Assembly (NCBI GenBank): GCA_051362555.1
Contig: CM120649.1
Coordinates: forward strand, 13,206,001 to 13,270,000
DNA: 64,000 nt
DNA from: Lingula anatina
Taxonomy: Eukaryota; Animalia; Brachiopoda
Reading direction: 5' to 3'
Shown: in pieces, positions 1-11,800 of the stretch
Position numbering within the stretch: position 1 is the first letter of the stretch
Layout of the letters: the number at the start of each line of letters is the position of its first letter
Position numbers and translations under genes: made by a program
The notes under the pieces: model-generated
What the model was told of the DNA's origin: nothing
The model's database searches: none
What the model saw: the letters and a program-made list of their open reading frames with translations, nothing else

Positions 1-292
1 GGAAGTGAAGATATCGATCGCGAGAAAAACAGAAAAAAAAGCATACATGTATTTGATGCAGCCGTATGGCAAGCTGTGTGTCTAAGAACCGGTTTTAGAA
101 ATTTAGTTTAGACCGAAATTTGTCCTTTACTGTTGTCATTCGAATAAGTCATCTCAGATAAAACGACCATTGGTATTTAAACATAACCGTTCCATTTATT
201 TCCTAATTAAAGCAGACTCGATGTTTCATTCTACTGATTCAACCTGGACCAAAGTAGAATAAGAATTGAACTTAAAGTTGGAACCAACTTAA

Positions 293-637
293 AGGGATAA
301 CAAGTTTTACAACTGTTCGCAAGATATCCATATTTCACTATAAATACATTGTAAACAACTCACATATATAAAATATAATCTATTTTACCACCAAAACGGC
401 AGTTAACGCATTTATTCTGGAGTTTGTGCTTGCCATCACATCACTTAACCTCCATAGATGTCTACGCTCTGTAATAATCCCCAAAGAGAATATTACATAA
501 AACCAAACTTTTTGGAATAAACCAGGGACTAACTTTGAATGTGGGAATGGATTCATTAACCATTGGGAAATATGAGAAAATTGTCCTTTACTCCAGGAAA
601 ATTCACTTTTTGGCCAAAATGAACAAATGTTATCCCT
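293..637. mobile_element. Non-autonomous DNA transposon (MITE), Kolobok-like ends, copy 1
   Basis: TTAA(289-292)|AGGGATAAC ... GTTATCCCT|TTAA(638-641). Terminal inverted repeat with TTAA duplication and RR..YY termini. A diverged second copy lies at 11943-12237. Confidence 0.7.
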
Positions 638-688
638 TTAAGGTCTGAATCAACTTTCGTAAAACCCGTCCCAAGATAAAGGACTAAC

Positions 689-1471
689 CGTTGTTGACCT
701 CAATGGTGGCATAAAATCCTTGCTTCGTTACCGTATTATCCGAAATCAACAGCAAACGAATCCCTGTGTTGGTCAGCATTGTCAGACCAGTCCTAAAGCC
801 GCAGAGACCAACCATGTACTTGTCGTAAGTGTAGTCAAACCACTGAAATAAAATGAATTGTAATGAAAGAGATAATATTTTTGCACCAGGCCCCTCAAGC
901 ATATATCTAGCCGTGTGACGAGCCCCTCGGATCACTGGCCCTCACTTCTCAGTAGCAGTTGCATCGATTGCAACGGTGGCTCGTCGATGCATTTAACTAC
1001 TTCGCAAGTTTTGTGTTAGGTGTTCATTTTCCCTTACAAAATAATTTTTAGTATTTGCTTGATTTTACTATGTTCAGATATAAAAAATTTGCACTTATTT
1101 GTATCAAAATTGAATCACAGATTTTATTTACATGTGAACATTCACAAATCATAGACTTTATTTACCTGTGATCATTCACAAATCTTAAAAGTCGACCCAG
1201 ACATCATTGCTCACCTTCAACATATCGTAAGGGCAACCACTGCCAGATTCAATATCGAAGATTGAAAACCGGAGCCTGATGGAGGACCCGTTAGTCAGAG
1301 GCTTGATGACGTACAGGCAGTTTACGCTAACTGGGTAATTACTTGGATAATTGGGAGAAGCGACTTGAAGCGCCCCCTCCGGCACTACCTCGTCACAGTC
1401 GGCTGCAGTACAAAAATATGCTTCTTTTCGTGAACGATGTCTGTCAGTCTATCCATCAATCTCTCTCACTC

Positions 1472-1522
<51 letters not shown>

Positions 1523-3196
1523 CCCCAAATAAAAATGTCAACATCAAACTTATTTCCTTGTACCGTTAAGCATGCATACATTATGCTAAATTCCCCAATA
1601 TATAAGAAACATACCATTCAAAGTGTTAAATGTGGCTGAAAATCCAGGCGATGAGCGGATTGAGTCGGTTTCGAAAATCACCTCATAACCAAGTGCATGG
1701 ATATCGTGCATAGCGTACTCTCCACATAGACGGAAAAGCCTCCACCCGGTCAGTGTGTTGACCTGAGGTGTAGATATAGGAAAATGGAGTCCAAGCTAGG
1801 CCTCGTTTTCTGTTATATATTTCTTTTCTTAATTTTTTTTTAATTTTCTCCGTAAATGCTGAATTATCTTAAAATATACCTGTGCTTAGTAACACGTGAC
1901 ATTTGATAAAGGTGATACGTAGTGAAATCGGTTGCCATTTATTAATAACAGCAACTCTTTGTTCTATACATGAAATTTATCGGGCGCATAAATATAAAAT
2001 TGGTTTTTGAAATTAAGAAAAATTCAACCTAGCAAAATAAAAATCAAAATGGACAGAAAATATTTTTGAAAAATTTTTTTAAATGGTTCAAGATAATTGA
2101 AACCAAACTCACACACAATTGTTTGTACTCACAGTAACGTAGTCATCACAGGTCGTCCTAAACTGTGTGAACTTGAGTGACATCATGTATGTGCCTGGCG
2201 CCGGAAGTACCCGATACGTACACCAGATGTCGCTGGGATAGTTGGATGGGTATTGAGGGGAAGTAAGCGTGCCGTTGGACGAGATATATGTTGCGTTGCA
2301 TGCTACAATTCAATGGAATCACATTTTGTTAGGACCAGTACGAAGATGTTTCTGCTATTAGTTTATGACGAGCTGTGTTATTGATTAGAACTATAATACC
2401 AGTACATCTATACGTTATAATATAATATAATATAATATAATATAATAGGCCTATAGTATAATATAATATAGTATACCATTTATAAATCTTAAAGACCTCG
2501 TATTTTTAAATCAAATTAAAATTGTGTTCAAAACTTGTCAAAAGTAAAAGTATATCACATGGACACTTCAAACGATGAAGAGAATTAATCCAGCAGTTCG
2601 CGTCCTGTAGCTTTAGACCGTCCAGTTCCAGTGACGTGCACAGCCAATACTCACCGTCTGATGTCGAACAAGGTACTTTCCTGTAGTGTGTACAGCAGGC
2701 CATTTGAAAGATGTCGATACAGCTGGCGTTGGTAACGTGCAAGGCACACGCTGTCGTCTGGTGGTTGAAGTCGGCGGCAATGCACCTGTAGGGGGTGACC
2801 AGAAAAGGGTAAAATTTGGGTTTATACATTTGGCGTGTTATCCGCAATAAACGAGAAAAGCTGATCATGAGAGTTGAATTTTTTCTTCTTTTTATGTGAT
2901 TTAACTTAAAATGATCTCACCGTCCAGGGAAGCATAAATACCAAAAGCAAGCAACGGTAGGTATATAGGCCTATGTTTCGTTGTTCTAGAGGCCAGCGGC
3001 ACACTATTCATGATGCCAACAAAATTCCGTCTACAAGTAGGAATATATTTTGTTAGGATTTTTTTTTTTTTTTTGGCAAGTACGTACGAGTCACTTTGGC
3101 TGCAGGCAAACAGGCACAAGTATTCCGTGTTTAGACTGGTGTTTTGGCTGATAGCTCCTGGTGCAGCAGAGCCGACGTATGTGGTGAAATCGGATA
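689..3196 (-). CDS. PAN-like/CUB domain protein, paralog A (partial; continues off left edge, first exon not identified)
   Basis: Six GT-AG exons with consistent phases: 3088-3196, 2655-2785 (PAN/apple-like, CLFAC..CIAADFNH..C), 2133-2302, 1615-1762 (CUB1), 1215-1402, 689-842 (CUB2; SPNYPSNYP..C.Y.I, FDIESGSGCPYD, GFYA). Five exon lengths equal those of paralog B; 1615-1762 is 6 nt shorter. Confidence 0.85.
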
Positions 3197-6100
3197 CTGA
3201 AAAAAAAAAACTGACGTTGTCGATGGCGAAATCGGGAGGAAGAGGGGGGTAAAGGGGGCAGAGGGAGATAAGCGTCTCTCTTGGCCGTTGAAATAACATC
3301 TTTTTCTCCTACTCCCACCCCCCTTCATTAATAAATTACTACAGGCAATTATCTATTTGGGCATTCGTAAACGTGATATTATTACGCTCTATCAGAGTTC
3401 AGCTGAGCGAAGACGTCAAATATATGCAAAAAGATTTATATATATATAGTAAAAAATCCATTTGTGGTCCCGATAGAGGACAACATAGATGCATAATTCG
3501 TGTAGTTAAACTTCTATTGTCTACTTTTTTAAAGTTGCCTTTGAATTGTCTTGAATAGCCTGTTAAATATTAATTTTTTTACTGAATGAGATTCAGAGAG
3601 GCATGACCAATCAATAAGGTTCACTCTCATAATTGATACTTGAGTAGGCGACGTTTTCTTTATTTCGTAAATCATCATTGTTCTTTTAGTATTGAACTTG
3701 CATCTTCTATAAGCAAAATATTATACCGTCAAACAACTGTATTTACCCACTACTGAACAACAGCTAGGGTATATGAACAAAAATGTTCATTAGCTTGGTA
3801 CTGTAGTTGGATCATATTAGTACTGTAGGCGATGTTTTCTTTATTTCGTAAATCATCATTCTTTTAATGCAGACTTGACATGTAATATGGAATATTTTTT
3901 CAGGTCATAATACATCAGTTTTTTTCCTATTTTGCTGACTGATAAATGAAAAAAGGATTAAAATCGCGTTTTAATAACTTTTAATAATCTCTTTGATGTC
4001 ATTGTGACATCAATTCCCCAGTGAAGCAATCGAAAATACATTGCCTATTATAAGTCATACGACAACCATCGAAAGCGATATTTTGGATCCCCATATTTTT
4101 CAAATTATCGTCTTTAAAACAGTTATACGCGCCACAAAGGACCCTCATGTCAGCGTCTAGTCACAGCAACGGTCGCTGTTACGACTGACCTCATCTGGCT
4201 GCTACCAGAGCTTGCTACTCAGGTGGCAAGGCATTCCTTGGGATAGGTTTTTAGAGTTTAATCAGGAATAAAATTCCAGGCAACGGTCAAAACTTGTCCA
4301 ATTTGGTTCAGTTTTGTTGTAGAACATGCAGGCCGTTGATTCGGCGAGTAGTGACCTACCCACATATTGTATATGAGGTTCAAAAATGGCGGTTTTGATG
4401 ACCAAGGTATCTGCTCATTCCCTTGTTTCTGTAAGTTATCTGCTATAAGTGCTCAGTGTGAACTGGCAATCTCATTGTGCAACCTCAATTGTTCCGTAGG
4501 TGCCCCCTATCAAAAAATACCACATCGGTTCCCAGATTATTCCTGTATTTGATCTGGTTCAGTTTTTCATCGATGACTTCATTGGTGTTTTGGCACCAAT
4601 GTGATATCCACTCCAAATACTGACGTTGTCAATGACCCTAGTCACTTTAGAAGCGGCACACGCTTCGTCGAAGGCCTTTTCAGGATTTCTGTAAACTCTG
4701 TTTTGACCAGTTGAGCGATACAGGTGAAATCTGACCTAAATAAATAAGACCACGCAGTTTCAGTGTTCTACGCTGAAACAGCCATGGTCCCCAATTCATT
4801 AGAGAAACAGACGATGCTATTTTGTTGTTTACAGTGGCTTCCTCTGGGCATAACTCCATAAAACTGTGTGGACCATTCCGTGTGACAAAATAATCTGTCT
4901 GGCAATGCCTGTTTTTTTCGCGCCATTCTGGCACAGATAAACAATTTTGTAAAACACTCATTAACTCATTTTACGCACAACGAAAATGAGGGGGTGAATC
5001 TAACGTTGTTAACGATTTTTACATGAAAGTATTGAACTACTCCTCAGGGAGAATCAAGGAAAAATTGCCCAGGAAATTTGTCCTCTATTGTGAACCACAC
5101 TGAGACGAAGTGGGGTCAATAGAAAAACCAGACTTTACTTTTTTTTAATTTTTAAAACAAAATAGACATCCAACAAATGAAAACGTTATCACAAGTTCCT
5201 GAAGCTCTGGTTGGTGCATTGCTAAAAACTGAACATCCTTGCGTATGGGGAAGAAGGATGGGATGGGGGAGGGGAGGGAAGGGGAGAGACACCCAAATTG
5301 CAACAACTAAATTTGCATGCATTGTAGGCCCCGTTCCACAAAGAATCTGTAATCGAACAATGGCCTTAGCTAAGGCAAGAAGTTGAAAACAACTTCTTGG
5401 CTAAGGCGTCGAAGAATCCAACCGCCTTACTCTTCTATTGTCAGACGTAAAATTGATTTCTAAGAGTAAGACTTATGTTGACGTTCACTTATGCTTCAGA
5501 CTGTAGTTCGCTGTAGTCTATTTGTGAGTACATGTAAGAAAAGTACATATTCTGTGGACTGTTTACGTGAGGTTGACTTTACTTCTTCGTCTTTTACATA
5601 TTTTGAATTGGCCCGAGCGTGTTTACAAAGCTTTGTGTTTATGGGTCTCATCTTCCGAACCACCAACATCTTGTGATATTTGAAGGTATAACAGTCAAAT
5701 ACAAATGCGTCAAGCTAGAGCGGATGTTCCAGCAAAGAAATGACGGGCCATGATCACTTTTGCACTTGTGAAACGTGAGCCCACTTTGTAGGGAAGGACA
5801 ATAATATCTACCGTTAATAAACGTTTGACTTTTAAAAGAAAAAATCCCTTGATCACCAAATTATTCCACGTCTAAACCCATTAACAGGATTGCGATCTAC
5901 TGGTAGCTTTTCCCAGGTTTTTGAGTTGTAAGTTTTAAGTTTTTGAATCAGTCTCGTGGTGGGAGTGGAGACAGGTCAATTTCATTCGTAACGGTAAAAC
6001 CAAATAAAAAACTCGAAAACAGGTTTATCGTTTATCGGTCCTAATTTTATCAGCGGTCATGGGAAGGACATACCAGGGGTACAACATGTACGTTAGTGAA

Positions 6101-7431
6101 TGGGAAAATCGTTGACATTTTGAGGAAAGTATATTCCTTTGCTGTAAAGGGTTTAACACACGCCTTAAAGCATCTATCAAAAAGCAGTGACAGATACTAT
6201 AGTGTAGGGAACTTTACCAGTGGTACCGGCTACGTTAACCTGGCTCGCCGAAGACATCAGAAATACGATCAATGCCAAGGCCATAGCCTCGCTCTCGGGT
6301 TGAAATTGGAAACCAATATGTGTGCGCTACGAAATTGAAAGAAAAAATGTTAATCTAATAATGTTACAATTAACGGCTATAATTTCCGTTTTCGTTCCTA
6401 TGGTTTTGGTGCTGAATATGGTTACGATAAATCATTTAATTGAATTGAAGATTCATCATAATCACCGTGTTGATCTCGTTCAAGAAATAAATTAATTAAA
6501 CTGTAAACGCGTATATAAAGATCAGCTTTAATTGGTGTAAAGCCCCCGAACTTTAGGCTTGTGTGCCTTCTTCGGGGAATAAAAACATGGCTTTATTTAT
6601 TTATTTATTTATTTATTAGTTCTTGAAGACTACACACCAGCCTAAAGCTCAGGCGCTTTCATTTATAGTTGATCTTAATAGTTGCGTTTTCAGTCTTATT
6701 TACTTATAATTCTAGAGATGCACACATACTTTGAAATGCACCAAAACACAAAAAATTACGTTGAAGAATTTTAGATACATAAACTAAGTCTTGGGTTAAT
6801 TATCTAAGGATAAGGCCTACACCAGATTCAAAAAGAGACAATGGAAAATCATTTATATTTAAACATAATAAGATAAATAACAGTTACTTACCTTGTCGGA
6901 AGGTGAAAAATATGTAAGCGAAGCAGTGCTTTGCCAAAATGAGTCCAAATTAGCGAACACGCAGATTACTGTTTTGATTTTCAGGTTTCTATTCTTTGGA
7001 ACCTTCCACCCCCCATAAACGAGGCTAGAAACCAATACCTTTATATCCCCACGGTCACGTCGTGAGAAAGTAAACATGATCCTAAATAACACATTAAGAA
7101 CAAGAACCCGTTTGCATTAATATTTGTTTCAACATTTGTTGGATTTTTTAAACAAATGTTTATTTTATTCTGCTTCCATGTAACGGAGGAAGCCCTTGGT
7201 TTGGCTTGCAACTTGTTTTCAAGGAAGTTAGTTTTTACGTTTAGCAACGTGCATCCGGTTGTCTTTATTGTACCTTATCTATTTGTATCAGTTAAACATC
7301 CGCAGTTCCGGATGGTACAAATGTAAACGAGGCTATATTAATTAATGCAGACGCAGCCTCTACCTGAAGCACTCATCAATAGCCTCGTTCCTGAAAGGTC
7401 TCCAAGAGGTCACCTGATAACAAGGAAAGTC

Positions 7432-7655
7432 CTGGGCTCCGTATCTCGAAAGGTTCGCTATGTTGCGCACGTGTGCAAGTGTCTCAATTCCATAACCGAT
7501 TCTATTTCGAGATACAGGGCCATGGAATCGAGACGCTTTCGCAAGTGCGCAAGTGTCTCGATTCCATAGCCGATTCTTTCGAGATACGGGGCCATGGAAT
7601 CGAGGCGCTTGCGCACGTGCGCAACATAGCGAACCTTTCGAGATACGGAGCCCAG
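7432..7655. mobile_element. Palindromic MITE, PIF/Harbinger-like
   Basis: Terminal inverted repeat of about 45 bp (CTGGGCTCCGTATCTCGAAAGGTTCGCTATGTTGCGCACGTG ... CACGTGCGCAACATAGCGAACCTTTCGAGATACGGAGCCCAG), outer CTG/CAG (CWG), and an internal unit of about 78 bp present twice. Confidence 0.75.
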
Positions 7656-8219
7656 ATCTGAAAGACGCGTATTGATTTTAATAGAGCTGTTGTTTGAAGA
7701 AACCTTTTTATTCGCAATAGTTTAAATCTTATACATAGCACACAAGGATTATTGGAATATACAGCAGTCTATTTATATACATGTATAGAGTAAGTCAAAA
7801 TGCATTTCAGACTATTTGTCAAAAATTATCCTTTACAGTTCATTGAAATTGTACGTAACATTACGTATAATAATTTTGATATAAAATGATCATCTTTAAT
7901 TGCGTCCATAATTTCATCTCAAATATCATTATAATATATTTTCTTTAAATCTAAACAAAATGCTTCACTGTTGTGGCCCTATACATGTGTACACCACGCG
8001 GAGAAATAAATAGTACTTTATTCATCCGTTTAGTCAAAGTTGTGAGAACGCTCTGTACCATACCATATATACTCACCTGTTTTACAATTGTTTTCAATGG
8101 GATATGTACAATAACCATATATTCAAAATCGGACAGTCAAGAAGATTGCCATCGTTAATGCATACACACTGTATTTCGTAACCGTACTGAATAGGTACTT
8201 GTAATAAATACATATGGTC

Positions 8220-8221
<2 letters not shown>

Positions 8222-8287
<66 letters not shown>
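8222..8287. repeat. (TA)n microsatellite
   Basis: Direct reading. Other (TA)n tracts lie at about 1476-1519, 15041-15109 and 53926-53956. Confidence 0.95.
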
Positions 8288-8289
<2 letters not shown>

Positions 8290-8872
8290 CACGCACTGTA
8301 AGTTGCTTGACGCATCACAAACGTGTAATGCCTTAAAAGAAGCAATTTGAGTAGAAAACAAAGTTTTCTAAACTAAACACAGGCATTTGGTCGGGCTTCG
8401 TTGCAAAAATTTGACTTCATCTATAACTTAAACAAAACTCTTTCCAATCTTCTATCTCACTAATTATATTAACTAAATGTGCTCTCCAATAAAAGATAAA
8501 AACATTGATCTCTTTATAATACACAAAATACTCTAACATAGACTTAGTGCCTTGAATTGTTGTCAAATATTTACCTCAACTGTTTTTGTTATGCACGCAA
8601 CGAAAATCAATGGCATTTTTTTTATTCAATTCAGTTTGTGCGTATTCTGTTTCTTTTTCCATCTAGCATTTGTGTTATCGGAGGAATTTCTATTTTGTCT
8701 TGCTGTTGCAAATGCAATGTATGCAGTGTATTTTATTCATATCATGTATGCTCTTGATTAAGCTATGAAATATGGTGTTTTTTATGTAACTGTCCGAGAA
8801 AGCTTATATCGCTGTCCGTGAAACTATCCCTGTGGATCATTTGGACCCAGCCATCGTTCCCTAAAAACTAAA

Positions 8873-11800
8873 TTACATGTACATGTATGCTTTGCCAAGT
8901 CCCTTCATTTGGTTGAACTTTTCTTTTTTGTGTGATGTCTTATAATTGATAGTCGGTCGTTTAATTCCAAGATTTTTTCTCATGAGTCTCAGATGCTGTT
9001 TTATTGTGGCAATATCAGTCGCAACGATAAAAGCAATAATGGTGCCAATTATTGCTAACCCAAAGGTTCCTATGAATCCAGCCAGTGGCGCCTCCATGCG
9101 GGGGTTTCCAAGACGACGGGATGAGTCAGGAAGACTTAAACTGGTGTCTGAAAAAAGAGTAAAACCTCATTCAGAAAACCCCATTTAATAGAGGTGTATA
9201 CTTATTATTGTTATTATTATTGTTATAAAAAATTCGAAAATGAAAAAGAAAACCAATCATATTAACAGTTCGTAAGGTAGCGCAATTAATGTTATAGCTT
9301 AGAAAAACGTAGATCAATGCCGTTTAAAATAGTACGAGCTATCTTAACAAGGTGCCCATATACTACTGGCACATATCATTGTTTGTCTTTGATAATACGA
9401 TAGGCATGTGGTGTGTTTTTATGGCGGGCCTATTTACGGGAACTTGGGATCGGTGTTCCCCCCCCCCTCCCCCCAAATATAAGAATGATTACGTACTGCT
9501 GCAGCCAATAAAGTCTGGGATCCACCTTGTCTTGGAAACACAACGGACGCGTCGTCTAACGTCACCATCGGGGAAAACGGAGCCGTTTAAGCAGGAATAT
9601 ACCACCCATTTATTGTACAGAATAATTTCGGGTTTGCTGACAATAGTAATCTCGGTAACATCTCTTGGAATTGTACAAACTATCACTGAAATAAAAGACG
9701 AGCGTGATAATTGTGCTTGAGAAACAAGGTCAAAATTCGTCCTTCTTCTTACATATAATTTTCATCGATAATAAAGTGTTAACTAACTGATGAATGAGAC
9801 TTTTGGATAATATAGATATGCCATTTCAATGTGGAAAATGGTCACAATAGTTCACAATGGTACACAACTTTCACAATAGTTCACAACTTTATCGCTTTGT
9901 TCACAATTGTTTAAAAAAACTTATCTATTTTGGAGATTAAGTTTCCAATTGTGATTGAAAATCTAGAACTTAAAGGCCTGCTTGTACATGTAAATCGTAG
10001 TTTTGTTAATGGTTTTGGATATAGTATACCTGGGTGGTTAACAAAAAGTGCTGACATTTCCAAGGAAAATAAAATGTTGCTATGCAAAGGTCCAGCGACC
10101 ATCATATAGATTCAAAATCTGTCCAAGTCGTACTTACGTTCACACTGGACGTCGGAGTTGCTCCACGTCCCGTCTTTCAGGCACTCAGTGCCACCGGAAG
10201 TTGGCGTACTGACCAGCGTATAGCCCTCATCACAGGTGTATTGTACCACAGTCCCAATGGCAGTTTTGTTAGTGTTGTGAGACGCATGGGGTATCTCCGG
10301 TACACGTGGACATTCTGAAGGAACGCTGGTCGTATAAGTGTTTGAAATCGTTGTATTGCCCTCAGGGACTGTCAGTGCGGTAGTGGTACTGTTTTCTGTA
10401 GACAGGTGGGTGAAATTATTCGATGTTTCAGTGTGGCTGAAAACGCTAGTCGCAGCCGTTGTTGCAGTGGATACTGGAGACAAGATGTTGCTCTCTAAGA
10501 CGCTGGGAAGCGTGGTGCCGACAGGAACACTTGACGTCTGGAATGTGTTAGTTGTGACTGAAGGTACAACTTGGCTCAGAACCCCTGGCGACATCGAGGG
10601 CGATGTCGTTTCGATGACCAATGGTTGTGAAGTGCTAATACGAGAATCAGCGTTGGTCACAGCTGGCATATATAGCCTTGATTCAATTTGGAATGTAGTC
10701 TCTGTCCAGCTAGGCGATACCATCGATGAATCGATTTGTGTAGGGGTGGTCGCTGTATTAAACGGGACCGATCTGCTAATTTGTGTACCGTCATTTTGGG
10801 TGCTGATATATGTGCTGCCAGCGTACTGAACCGAAGTTCCGACGTTTTGAATAAATGGAACACTGGTGATGTAGCTCTCTGCGGTAAGCAGAGCAGAATT
10901 TACCTCAGAATATACGTCACTGATAACAGTGGTGACGTCGTAGGTTATAGTCTTGAGTGAGCTCTCAGTTGGATATATACTGTCGTCATTGATAATAAAA
11001 GTGGTAAGCAAACTCACCATGGAAACGTCAGTGTTCGAATAAATTGCGCTGGAACTTTCATCCCTGTCAAGGAGAGGTACTCTGCTGGCGTCGACAAGGT
11101 TAGCGTCAAGGGCATTTTGTGTTTTTTGCACTGTTGGACAGAAATCATAACAAGCACACGCATCTATTTAAAAACATGTAGGAATCTTGCATGTTTTAAC
11201 AGTAAAATTTAATCACAATAAACAACAGGTAAAACGATATACTGTCCAAACTTATCATAGGAGCACACGGTGAAGCAGCACAAAATTGCCTCCTTACAGC
11301 TCTGTGTTTTGGGCATATTTATCGCGTTAAACACGGGCTCTACCGTGGGGGCCATTCTTAATGGAAACTTATGTATTGGAAATTATATTTCTATATTTAA
11401 TTGCAATTAAGACCTTATGAAGAAATGAGATTTTTTTTGTATTCATATTATCATTTATATATAGGCACGTGCTTATACGGTGCATAAGTAAACACGCGCA
11501 CATACAAAAGTATACATACACACCAATAACACGACACACACATGCATGCTTACGTACCAGTGGAAAATGTTGCCGAAAACCCATTTCTCTCAGCCAGCTT
11601 CCTATGATCCGCGTAGAATAAGATCCACAAAGAAGAAGCATTCACAACACTTGGAATCTTGTTTTGACACACTTCTGCGAGTAGAGTGCCGACTTGAGAT
11701 TGTTCTCTCACCTTGATTGTCAATGGAAAAGGACGATAAAAAACTTCGGTGAAATAGGTATTCTGTTCTATCGAATGTAATAGTGGCTGATAAGTTAATC

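Noticed and set aside
3880-5120. Paralog-A-specific segment that looks like a decayed transposon
   Set aside because: No TIR, TSD or coding motif could be defined by eye.
6891-6990. Possible first exon of paralog A (ends AAG|gtaagt on the minus strand)
   Set aside because: In the open frame it ends in phase 0 whereas exon 3088-3196 needs phase 1, and it does not resemble the first exon of paralog B.
8155-8361. ORFs with (YI)n, (RE)n or poly-Phe runs here and at 14942-15290, 16635-16895, 21504-21707
   Set aside because: Translations of microsatellites and homopolymers; only the CUB exon part of 14997-15290 is real.
10338-10829. 163-aa plus-strand ORF (and similar antisense ORFs at 48297-48986)
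   Set aside because: Antisense shadows of Thr/Ser-rich coding exons.
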